A DNA stretch of 64,000 bases from Psammoneis japonica (lineage: Eukaryota): NCBI GenBank assembly GCA_008632985.1, contig QPGO01000005.1, positions 1 to 64,000 of the forward strand, written 5' to 3'. Position 1 is the first letter of the stretch, and every line of letters begins with the position of its first letter. Both the position numbers and the translations under genes were made by a program. The notes beneath the pieces are model-generated. The model was not told the origin of the DNA. It did no database searches and saw only the letters and a list, made by a program, of their open reading frames with translations. This document shows, piece after piece, positions 33,226 through 46,000 of this stretch.

Positions 33226-36200
33226 TTAGGTTTCTCGACCAGCTACATCATTCTTTGTACCGCCGTTTTGCTTTCCCGCATACGCGTGAGTTGTTTTTCG
33301 CTGTAACCGCGAGAAGACGTCTTCCTGCGATATTGCTCGAGGAGGCGAAGCTCTGCCAGTAGAATTCGATCGAGACGGTCTCTCGTGCGCATCGTTCGTC
33401 GAGGTGTCTCCAACAACAGTGCGTATCGGAGGCGCATTCTTCTTTCCCGCGTATGCTTGCGTTGTTGTCTTTTGCAGACGCTCAAAGACGTTTGTGTAGG
33501 AGGGCTCGTCTGTAGGAGGGGGCGAAAAGACCTGCTCAGTACACGAAGCCAATCTGTCTTCGTCCGTCTTCTTTGAAGAAGTCCCATGCTCAGCCGATGC
33601 ACGAGCAGAAGGAGCATGCTTCTTCACGGCGTAAGAATGCGTCGTCGTTCTTTGCAAACGCTCGAAGACGTCCTGTTGTGTGTAATCTTCCACCTTGCTG
33701 GAAGAACGAGCAGCAGTGATGGCACCAGATTTCTCTCCGACACCATCGTCAAGTAGGTCGTCTAACAATTTGTCTGCTTCGGCGTCGTCGTTAGGGTTAG
33801 CTTTTTCACTTGCTGCAGCCTTCTGGACACCGGTGTAGCTCGAAGGGCTCATCAACCTGTCAAAAACCGAGCGACGAGTTCGCGAGTCTCCTTGTTCCCC
33901 CATTTCTCTCGCGTCCTCAACATGTTCAGGGTCTTCGATTCGTCCTTGGACGAGGTTCTCACGACCATTCGTATTCCTCGCCGAGTTTAACTCGGGAACC
34001 GCAATTTTGTTGAGGCGTTCATTAATGGCAAGCGACAACGACAACCTCGCCTCCTTGTCAGTTGTCGTTTCATGTTGTTTTCGGTGCTTCCCCGTAGCGA
34101 CGTTCTTTTGGATACCTGTGAAGTTCCCAGGATCAGTTAGCCTTTCAAAGACGTCGACCTTTTGTGGTTTTGCATCACCTTGATCCAGATCATTCGAAAG
34201 CTCTTTTGCGATCGGTGTGTTGCGAAGAGAAGGTGGCATCTCACCTTCGGCAATTAGAGCCAAATCTTCCATGATGTCCCCTGCCCATTCAGGTGCACCA
34301 TCGTCATCGCTGTCACTGCTATCCATAAGCTCAATCTGACGCCCAAGCGATGGCGACAGAAATCTGACAGGTGACTTTGAAGTGGTCGCCGCCCGATGCC
34401 TGACCCTCGCACTGCTATTATCAGGGCTTCCCTCGAGAGATGGGTGGAGACTGTCAGACAGAATCGCATGCACACGTTCAATAATCACACGATCATTCTT
34501 GCCGCTTGTCAATCGGCCGACTTCCCCAGGATCCTGGGCGTAGCCGAGTTGTTCTGTATCATCTTGAGAAATGACATCCCGAATCTCGCGAAGGTAAGAG
34601 TAAGCTCTATTCACCTCTCTTGCAACTCTTCGTTCAAGCGATCCTTTGTCGCAAGCGATTCAATCGCATCCGATGCCCTCGCTTTATCGGCGATTAGCGA
34701 TTCCTTTTCTTCCTCCATTTCACGAAGCTGCTGCTCAAGTACTGATATCCGTTCATTGGCCAATACCAACGACCTTGAGTCAATTCTCCCGAATGATATC
34801 TCGTGTGCGCTTTCATGCTGATCTTCGCTTGTCGTTGTCTCATCTTCAGAAGTACCCGCTTCGTCTTTCTCCTTTACCATCGCCATTAATGAAAGGATTT
34901 GCTCCTGCTGATTGCGAGTCATCGATGCTCGATTCTGTCGTTCTTCTTCCATATATGATCTGAAGGCGGCATCAACTGATGATGCCTTTTCTTCAGCAGC
35001 CAAAACACGCATGTCCAACGAAGCTGCAGTTCTCACGAGAGCAGCAACGCGCCTTCTCTCTCGTACGACCATGCCAAAAGACTTTCGAGGCTAAGCGACC
35101 GATGGTGGCGTCAGACATGCCGCCGAACAGAGATTTGAAAGCTCTTTCCTCGAAAAAAGAATGTCGTTCCGAATTTGTCGAAGCCGATGGTTGCTTTCCA
35201 AGACGTCGAGCGAGCTGACGAATTCGACCCTCTTTGTAGTGAATCTGAACGTCAAGTGCATCCACTTCTTCATCCGAGCCGCTGTCTCCGAGCTGCTGTA
35301 AAAGTTCCTCCCGCTTGGAAACGAGCTCCAGGTGCTCTTCCCATTCAACGCCACTTTGTCGGCCGTTGTTTCTTTCTGACCAATCTCTGCTATTTTTTCG
35401 TCAAGGTACGAACGTATGGATTCCACATCAACGTTATCCCTTGTTGATTTCTTCCTTGTATTGTCTCGACGGCCGACGAGGACAGGGTCAACGCCAGCTT
35501 TGTGCATTACCCCTCGCTTTAAAGTTTGCATTCTAAGTTTCTTCTCCGCCTCCTTGTATTTCGAACGAAGCTGACCGACTTCATCTAGACGACTTTTAGC
35601 AATACGTTGAGCTTTTTCAGCTTCCTGTGCTTTCCTGTCTGAGATCTTCTTGTACTTTGACGCTTCCTTCTCCCTTTGCATTGCCTCCTTTTTCAGCTTC
35701 TTAATCTCGTTGGCATGATGTTTTCGTTCGTGAGCGATCTGTTTCTGCAACTCAACTTTTTGTGCTTCATGGACACCACGTCGTTCTTCAGTCGAAGGAT
35801 TTGTGATTCGTTCTGAGACGACACCTTCGTGAGACTAAGAAGCTCGTTCTTCTTCTGGCGAAGACCAGCGATATGCTCGTCCTTTCGTGCCAGACGCTGC
35901 TGAAGGTCCGTTTTACTCGTATTAGACCCCGGGTGAGATTCCTCGAGCTTCTTCAATTCTTGGGCGAGCTGCTCGCGTTCGGCTTCTCTTTCTTTCACTT
36001 GGTCCTCCATCTGTCGCAACTTCTCCTCGTAGAACTCTCTCATGGTCTAAAATAACGGCAACATTGAGTATAATTTTTGGAAAACGAAAGACAGGTACTG
36101 CTTCCCCACACGTGGTTCTTACCGCATACTTCTGCTGACTCAAATGAAGCTGCTCGATTAATTCCTCTTTGGCACCGATGCTCTTTGACAATTCAGTGAG

Positions 36201-38373
36201 GTGTGCTTCCAGCTGTTGTCGCCTACGAAGAGATGCCAAGTCAACTTCATCAGTGGTCGTTTCTGGATCCGTATCGAGTTCGTTAGGGGCTTCGTCATCT
36301 GAATCATCATCAACAGAGTACCTTTTGGTCATTGCTGTTAGTTCGGCTTGAGCTGCGGCTTCCTCCGCTTCCAGCTGATCAGAAAGCGAAATGGACCCAA
36401 GTACCCGAGCCCGAAGACTCACCAGCTCTGGTGAATCCGGGCCTGTTTCTGCCGTTCTATTCTTTTGCCGCCTATTTGGTGTGGTTTCTGCAGACCGTAC
36501 AAGCTCCTCCTGAAGATTGCTTAGCGCTGCCTTTTCCTCGTCGAGAACTTTGCTAGCTTTCTCAATCACGGCTGAGTCGTTTGTAACTCCTGCGCCAGCA
36601 CGATACTGTGCCTTACTTAGAGCTTCCTTTAACGAAGCAATTTCTTGTTCATATGCACATGCTTTCTCCAAGAAAGCATTGCCTTCACGATCAACAACCC
36701 GTCTCTACTCGCACCAGCATTTCCAGCCTTTATCTTGTACATCTCCATTTCCGCTCTTGTAGCACAGAGCTCCTTTGACGTCGCACCCAGCGTTTCCTCT
36801 AGTCTATGGACCACTTCCTTTGTAAGCTCGAGTTCCTTATTATTTCTAGATGGCGCATTCGCGGATTCTTCGATCTCCAAGGTAGTGCCGGATGAATCAG
36901 TCCCACCAGCCAGTGTTCGTAGCGTCTCTGTCGAGATTTTCCCTTCCATCGTACTGCGACCCTCGCGCACGTTCAAAAGCTCGGTGGCCAAGGACTGCAC
37001 CTGCCCACGAAGCTCGGCAACTAAACGAGACCCATCGTCGACATTGACAACGGCCTTGTTTTGAATATTCTTTGCTCGATTCGCATATCGCAGACAATTC
37101 AGACTTTCCTCCATGTTACTGCTTGAAGGCGAGATACAGGCAACCATCAACGTCTTGTGATTGCCGCCCAGGCTCCCCTTGAGTAACCGCGTCAGTTTTG
37201 AGTCTCGATATGGCACAAAAGTTTTGCCGCGCTTTTTTGGATCCCCTAGCGCCGAGATTACATTCCCCAGAACGAGCAAGCCCTTGTTGATATTGATGCC
37301 TTCTTGTAGTCGTTTCCCAACTGCATGAGTTCGTTTTTGTCGTTCTGAACCAGCCAAGTCCACAAAGTTGAACCTAAATATGAAATAAAGATTCGTGTAA
37401 GCTGGAATGCCAGGCATGTAATCAACTTCTGAGTGCACGCATATCATTAGAACACTTACTTGGATCGCTTGACCTCTACATGTTCGGGTCGTCCCTGTGT
37501 TGGGTCATTTTCTCCGACACTCTTCATTACAGAAGTCTGCTCCACAAGAACAGACAATATGGCATGCGATCGGCTGCTTGAAGCATTCATAGCTGTTGCA
37601 CCTGTGACTCGCCGAAGCATTCCACGAGTCAAGCATAAGAGCGCTTCTTCTGCTGTCTCCACCTTGTGTTGCGTTGCCCCCAAGACCTCTGGTTCTGCCA
37701 TTCCAACATCTCTAATAGTCAATCGCTCTGAATCCGACTGGCTTGCCAACAAGTCATGAATATCTTCTCCATAGACCTCGAGAAACTGAACTCGCACTTC
37801 GTATTCATACGGTTTTCGGTCGCTGCTCTCTCGCGGTCGATTCTCCTTTTCTGGTATCTGCTGTTGTCGTGTTTTTTCCAATTCATCAAACAGACTTCGT
37901 AAGGCACGTGGAATGACGCCTGCAGCATGTTCGTCTTGCATTGCAGTCGACGTGGCCGGTCCCATAATTGTATGAGTTTTGCCACTGCCAGTCTGCCCAT
38001 AGGCCAGAACGGTAGCATTGTATCCTTCGAGGCAAGATTGAACAAGAGGCACAACTCTGATTTCAAAGACGCTCTGTTGATTCGATGTCATTGGAAACGC
38101 CTCATCAAACGTAAAGGTCGGTCCCGATTCACCTCCAATCCGAACAACACGGCGGTTGCCCGAGTCGTCGCTCAACACATCAATGCATGGCGTTGTGCCT
38201 GCTTCAGACGGTAACATGGGCCTTACACGGACCGCTACTTGAACGGAAGATGCATCGGCGTCGGACACATGCTGTGCTGTCGTCACCTTTGTTGTTTCGG
38301 CCGTCAAAGAGCTAGAACCCGTCATGGTGGTTGCGTCTTTTTCGCATTGTAGTGCTTCCTTCTTCCTTTGCAT
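33226..38373 (-). CDS. Kinesin-4 family (KIF4/KIF21-like) motor; 2 introns plus about 5 apparent frameshifts in the stalk
   Basis: [60 protein letters not shown], long coiled coil, and a tail with repeated (D/N)VFERL motifs. Confidence 0.88.
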
Positions 38374-38656
38374 CTTCTGCGCATCCCGAAAATACTTTCA
38401 ACTTCTTCGGGTGCGGGCAAGACTGGCCATGAAAACTGAATGTGTAAGTATTATAGATTATTCAGAATCAAATATCATCAATCGTTTGAAATGGATAGAT
38501 CATCAACCTAAATAAACATTCATAAATTAATACAAATATGGATTATCAAAGAAACAGACGTCTAAAGACGATAAACAACTTCTCTGACTCAATGTCTGTC
38601 GGCGGACAGATCGCTCTATTTCTGAAAAATCAAACATCGAACAACACGACACCACC

Positions 38657-39941
38657 ATGATGCGTTTGGGGACGGCTCTCCCCGTCATGCGGCGAGCTAC
38701 CTTCACTTTAGGTAGCAAGAGTTCTTACCCGAGTCGGGCCATATCCTCTCTGGTGACTCGTCAGAGCATGCCGCTCGCGGCTCAACTTTCCAAGTCGAAA
38801 ACGGTGACTCGGACCATGTCTTCGTTGGCGGTTCGTCAGGGCGTTTCGTTCAATTATCGGTCCTTCGCCAATGCGCAGAGCATGCCACTTGCAGTTCACC
38901 TCGGTTCCATTCAGCATCTGAGCTCATGGCCTGGCGGAAACAATCCAAAAGGATCGGGCCGTCTTGGTGCTGGTCTTGGAATCGTGAGTGCGGGAGCTTT
39001 GCTTTTGGGAAAAGGCAAATACTTGTTGGGGGCACTCAAGCTCACAAAGTTTGCATCGCTGGGATCCATGTTTGTTACGTAGGTGTCACAATCGCTGTCT
39101 GATTCTTCATGGCTCGCATCGTCTTTCTGCATCTCACGTCTTCCTGCATCTCACGTCCGTCGTCTTGGCGAATAGAATTGGCACGTATTCTATGTTCTTC
39201 GGATTGCCATATGCTGCGGGTATGGTGGGATTAATCACGGTGCACGAGGCAGGTCACGCGTTGGCAATGAGATATCGGGGTATTCCGTTCTCTCCCATGA
39301 TCTTTGTTCCTTTTGTCGGAGCAACCATTGCCATGAAACGTCTACCGGGAGATGCATGGGAGGATGCTCTTATCGCTTACGCTGGTCCTGCACTTGGTTC
39401 AGCTGGAGCGGCTGTGGTGGCTGTCAGTGCGCACGCCACACAATCTCAGCTTCTTTTCGCGTAAGTCTCTTGTATGGATGGTGTTCGAGTCGATCAACCC
39501 TTATGAAATACCTTTCTCATGCTGCCGTTCCGTTGCTCGCTTATGAATAGCCTCGCGGATTTCGGATTCATGATTAACTTGTTCAATTTGATGCCTCTTG
39601 GAATGATGGATGGTGGTCGCATTTGTGGTGCTCTGTCTCCTTACGCTGGAGTGGTTGGACTTGGTATCGGCGGGTCGCTGGCTATGTCGGGCGCGATTTC
39701 CAATCCAATCTTTTACCTTGTGTTGCTGGCGGGAGGATATGAAACCTTTCAGCGCTTTTACAATCCAGGACGATTGCCTCCAAACTATTACAGAATCACT
39801 CCTACACAACGTGCCGCGATTACTGGTGGCTATTTTGGTCTAGTTGCTGCACTTTTCATGGCCATGTCGGCCAACGGAAGGTACAGAAAGCCGCCGGAAG
39901 TTTTGCAGCGTGAACGCGAATTGCATTTTGACATGATGTAG
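38657..39941 (+). CDS. Peptidase M50 (site-2 protease-like) membrane metalloprotease, 3 exons
   Basis: HEAGH, AGP and NLMPLGMMDGG motifs. GT-AG introns from ~39079 and ~39461. Arg/Ser-rich N-terminus resembles a mitochondrial transit peptide. Confidence 0.88.
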
Positions 39942-40014
39942 ACCACAGTAGGAAGGATAACACGTTCTTATTAGTTTCAGTCGGGGTCTCGCGTCTTACC
40001 CTGCGGTACAATAG

Positions 40015-43000
40015 CTATAGCCACGGCATCCATCCTACATAGATTTGAACGAGATTTTCAGAACTGGTAGCTTCTGCAATCATCTTTTGAACTTGACCCT
40101 CGACCGACAGTGGGATCAAATGGGATATGTCATCGTGGTTCTCTCGGCCATCGGTTCGTCTCACTCGCCTTGCCGGTGGAACGCGCAAGTTGTAGATACC
40201 CTTGAGGCGCCCGTCAATGGTGGTCATGGATCGTTTGGCTGCCTTTGTTTCGCGACTACCTTGCGACTTGTCGTTTCCCTTTTGCTGACTTCGGTGCCTC
40301 TTCCAATCAATAACCGGATCCTTCAGAAAGGGCTCAAGGACCGACAAGAGAGTGTCACGATTCGCTCGCAAAGTGCTCATGGCGGTGGTGAGAGAACCAC
40401 GAAACGTTCCGTCGGCTCCTGTCGGACCAAAAGCGTCGAGCATGTTCTGCGTCAGGCGAAAGGGGACTATTTCTGGTTGCGGAAGGTTCAGGCCCTTGTC
40501 AAAGATACTAGCCGTACACATAAGTAAATAACAAACAGTCAAGGTTAGCAACGGACTTGGCAAGAAAACGAGAGACCGAACGATGGCACGTACCAATCAA
40601 AATCCACGTGAACACAGTCGCCGCTCGATGTGTCGACCAAGACGTTTTCAGAGTGGCGATCACCAAGCCCAAGCACGTGTCCTACTGCGGACCAGGCCGC
40701 AACGGAAGTCGCAAATCGAGTTCTGGCCTCATACCATGAGTGTGGGTCCAAGAAATTTTGAATGAACCACCAGTAAAACAGAGGCGGGTAAGGCCTTAAG
40801 CACTGTTCCTCAAACATGGCTGCAGCCCGAACCAAATTGCCAGTCGTCTTGTAGAGCGTTTGGCACGATTCGAATGACTTCCGCAAGTTGACGTCGGTGA
40901 GGTTGCTTATGCGACGCCCGCGACGCCGTATCGAGAATTGCTCGGCTTGCGGATTATATGATACCCGCACTAGGTTGCGCAAGCTGTCTGTGTTTGGGAC
41001 CCATTCCAAAACGCCGCATTCCTCTGAAACACACACAACAGAAAATGTTCTCAAGCGTAGCAAGCGTCGCTGTTTCGAAGATGTTCCCACAGATGAGCAA
41101 CTCGAAGTGGCCAATAGGCGGTTGATAACATTGTTGAGATCCTGCACGCGAGCGTCCTTTCGTAAGTCTCCCTTTGCCTCTTGTTTCACTAGAAAATGCA
41201 TCTCGCCGATATCCTCTGGTTGTCTGCCCTTGGCCAAGGCAGCACTTGTTTGTTTGCGCGGCGATTTCAGGTGTTTCGCAGGAACAGCGTAGGCCTTCAA
41301 CTTTTTTGGTCGAGCCTTTGACGTCATTATTTGAATCTGGCTGCTGAATGCTCTCATTCGGGGAATCAACGCGGAGAATACATCCCGATTATGAGTTTTG
41401 TGCACATCAGGCTGCAATACAGTGAGAGCCGCTTGAATCGGGGGAACAAATTCCATTAGCTCCACTTCGCCTTTCCAGGAGCGAATGTTGCACGTTTTCT
41501 GATTCTGATCCTTAGGTTGATACCTAGATCATACATGCAGCAGAGTAAGAATGGGGCTCGCCAGTAACACCTACAGAGGAAACAAGCGACAAGACTACTT
41601 ACTTTGAAAGGTCAATGAAATATTTGAACAGCGACTTTGAAGCAACCAAAAGATCGTGGTGTTTCCTGTCAGTTTTTGCAAACGACCGCTGTGCGTCCTT
41701 GAATAACTTCTCGCCAATGCTCGCCCGTTCTTGACTCACAGAGTTTCGCAGCCATGCTAGGGCCCACATAGCGCGGGTTGGGAATTTACAAAGTACCCGT
41801 ACTAACGCGAAAATTACAAGCCTCACCGTGTCCGGGTTTCGGTGGCTAACCCGTGATATCAGCTGGGGCATCGCCGTGTACAGTGATTGGGATGGAACCG
41901 ACTTAAGAATTCCGTGCATGACTTGATTCACGTCGCCCTGGAAATTGAGAAAGCGATCTGCACATCAACGGACGCACGTTGGATTGGTCTTCACAAAAGG
42001 ACATAATAAACATAAACCGCAAATTTCGTCAAGAATCAACTCACCTATCCCTAGATCAGCTGCTGCAGGATGGCCCCGACCACCGGAGCTACTCCCAATC
42101 GACGGAACAAACTCATTGCCATCTATGGACATAAAGTCGAACCACAGCGTGAGTAAGCGGGGAAGATTCTGGTAAACATGCTTCGAGCCCAACGTCAGCG
42201 CCTCCCCGTACTGCTGTATAGCCAGAAGTAAGTACTTCTGACATGAAGTGTCCATGTAGAACAGCCGTGATCGGGCGGCAACGTCGTCTGCGTTGGCGTT
42301 GATTTGATTTGCCAGCGCCGAGAGTCGACATTCGAGAAGTGAATCAACATGTTTAGCAAAGTGAAATGAAGCTTTCTCTAACTTCGGGCACAACCGCTTA
42401 ACAAGACGAAACCGCTCAACGACCTCTGCACCGCCTTTCAGACCCGCTTCAGCCATCCACTGCGTTGACTGCAGCAGCCGCTTTGCGAATCGACTGAGAC
42501 ATTCAATGTCACCTCCTTGCAAGCCTCCAAGAGACTGGGAACTCGCCATTTCTATTTCCGCAACTTGAACACGCAAGCTGTCGTCATCCAGACCAATCAG
42601 ATGAAGAATGTCATCTTGCCCGAGAATTTGAAGCGCAGACGCGCTTTCTCCTTGGACGTGCTGAAGCTTCGCTAGCTGCATTCTAACAGAGCTAGTACTA
42701 TCGCCGGTGACACCAAGGCAGGTCGCATCGATGGTCTGCGCATTTAGGCGTCTGAAGGAAGCATCGGCCTGTGCTAATGAATTTTCTGCGATATTGTAGA
42801 GCCCACTTTTCCTGGCAGACTTCCCGATACGAAGATAGAGGCGACCCTCGAGATCAGAATCCCCGGCAAGTCGTGCGAGAGCGAGTCTCACATTGACAAT
42901 GGCAGACGCACCATCCGAAGAAACGACGTCAAGCCGGGCATCCCATTCGCATGCATCAGCAAGGCTCGACACTGGAATTTGTGGTACGGATATTGAATCG

Positions 43001-46000
43001 GTTTTCTGTGTAGCGGCTTCAGGCGAACATAGAGTAACACAAGCATTTTCAATCTCCCTCAGGCAATGCAGCCGCAGCAAGTGATTGTAGCAACGAGAAT
43101 AGCTTTCACGAGCAAAGCTAGACAGGTCTGTCATGACGGCATTCCTTGCCCCTTTCACCGCCTCAGACACATCAGACGCAGCTTTTCGCACGAGGCCAAG
43201 CATAGCACGGCCAACGAAAACTTGGTACATCTCTTCTGCATCCTTGCCTTCGTAACCGGCGAGATTCTCTAACACCGACCAGCGTCCTAGACGCCAGGCA
43301 GCTTCGACAGCAGAAGGAATCGTGCCAGAATCCTCCGATGAAGCAAGCGAAACATCTGAACCCCACCCACCAGCCCTCGGATTGATAATACCTGTCACTT
43401 GATTCAAAACACTCTCAAACTGTCCCAGTTCTAAAAGACAATTTAGCATGCCTCTCCGTAGCTTAGGAGTTTCACGCCGCTCGACGTCCAACTGCAGCGC
43501 CCGTTCATAATCCTGAATGGCACCAACCCAGTCGCCCATTGCTACCTTTTCCCTTATGCTATCCTTTGCTTGTGTCAAAAGCTCCCTCATGCAACTATCC
43601 TGGCCTACCGCTTTCATCGTGAAGCAGTCATCGAGCTCTCCTAGTATTTCCTTCAACAACCCAAGATCAATGCCTTCGACAAGATGTGCACCGATGGGTC
43701 TTTGCGGTGCTTTGCTTCGCCCAGTCTTGTCCTTCCTTCGTGGCTCGTTCGGACGATCAAAAATAATGTCGACGACAGATAAACGCCCCGCCATCTCGAG
43801 CAGCCTAAGCGCGCGGGCATGCATACCGACTGCGGCCGCGGCACGGGCCCGAAGTGAAAGCGGGATCGCCTTCAATGTGTCATCGATCTTACTGATGCTT
43901 AGATCCGACGGCCAATTGGTGTCGTCCGTCTTTGAGGTTGACTTTAAATCTAACCTCTTTCTTCCTTCCGCAGATGCTTTAGATCCCTTGTGTCGAGCTT
44001 CGGTTTCACTCTCAGCCCACTGCTCAAGAATGTCAATGACCATGAACGATGAACTCACGGCTTTCTGGCGCTCGCCCTTGTTCATACTTGCGACAAAGAG
44101 CGAGATATCATCCTCAGTATTGAATGTCAATGATTCTGTGAGCTCCTGCAAAGCCACGCGTTCGTCCAATTCGTCGCCAAAACAAAGGCTGTCTAACACT
44201 AGCAGCGGGAAAAGAAATTCGGCAACGCTGATTCCAGCGGTAGACTTGATTGCAGTACGGCAAGCAAAAAATGTCTCCCTCCAGCAACTAGCGGCATTTT
44301 TATGTGAACGTTCTATCATGAACCCGCACCACCTAGAGAGCCACTGGAAGTAGGACACAGAGGTACGGAAGAACGGTGGCTCCCTACTTTGTGGCCTTTC
44401 GCTCTGTCACAGCGATTTCAATGTGAGTTGTTGCACTCACATCGTGACTATAGTGAAAAACATCGAAAAACATACCTGCTGGAATGATGTTAGCCAGAAA
44501 GGCTCAATTATCTCAAGGACGCCTTCCCTTTTCAGCATGTCAACGAGCCACGGGCTCATGGTCCCTCTGCCGCCCTTGGAGATGTCCTCGGAGCCCATGG
44601 AGCCTCCACGACTATGGGTTGCTGTGCTACTCTCTATTTCGCGGCTTCCTGATGCGTCAAGGAGAACTAGTAACTGCTGAATAGCAAATGCAATTTTGTG
44701 CTGGTCAATGGAAGTTGGAGATGCTTTCAGAGCAACCACCAGGTGCTTTGACACTAGCCGGGATTCGTACCGCAAACTAGTTCGAGAAGATTGCCATGGT
44801 GGGTTCGACAATCTCCAGGAGCTGTCACTATGTAGTTCAGTGGTAGGTGCAGGGTTGATGTCTTCGATTCGCATGAAATCGATTGCACCGAGCTCCCCTA
44901 AAGCGGTTGCTATGAGTAGTCTCGCTTCGCCGTCATCCTCAAAAATGCATCTCGTTAGAAACGCCCCTATCAATGACTCAACGTTTCCGGTGGGACCTGC
45001 TCATCGAGGAGAATGGGAACAAGAGCTTTGTAAGTTAACGCCCTGAAGGACTCATTCAATAGCTGAAAAAACACCTACCGGCACTCGCTCCAGCAACTGA
45101 AAAATCCTTTGTCAACTGACGCTGTGCAGATGTGCCGTTATGATTCTTGATAACCCTATACCACAGTTGCCGGTTCGCACTTATAAGATCAGTGACATAT
45201 CTCAAAACTACTCTGCGGACGCTAACGTTCTCGTGAGAGAGTAGTTGCGTCAACATTCCGAGTCGATTGTGCAGTGCTGCTTCCAAATAAGGACTGAAGT
45301 GAAGCGCCCCATCGCTTCCACTTCCACTGGACGTCAAGCCCTGCGTTGCGGTGCCTGGTGTAGCTGACAGTACCAACAGATTATCAAAGTTGACACCGTT
45401 TGCTTTCAGGGCTGAACGGACTTTGTCGAGACGAGGCGTTGGAGGCAGAAAAGGTATTTCGCTGAAAAACGGTGCAAGATCCTTCCCAAGTTGTCCCTGT
45501 GAAAGCCATTCTAGAAGATCAACAGCGGCATTTGTCGCTTCCTGAAAGTAGCGAAAATTTCCCTCGTTACGGTTGTCCACGGGCGACAGTACTGGAAACA
45601 TAGATACCACGATCGGAGTAAGATTTGGGCCAATAGCCCTGACTTCATGACCCACGACAAGGCGTACAAAATGCGACAAGGACTGAACGGCGAGACGGCG
45701 TAAAAGGAAGATGTCTGAACCACAACTGTCATCTGACATGGCCATATTGATTGAAGCCATGATTTGAGGGATGTACTGTGCAGAATCAGGCGCCTTAAGG
45801 AAGTACAAAATTGCCCGCAAACATCTTATGGCCTCAATCCTTTCTGGTGCCGAACGAAACTTCCATCTATGTTGACAGACATTGACCAACAGGAACATGA
45901 ATTTTGAGGTGATCCAATTTCGAACGGCTTGCATAGACTCGTATTCGGCTGGTAAGCCGCCAGCGAGCGAACCGAGAGGCGATGAGCAGCGGTCCGACAG

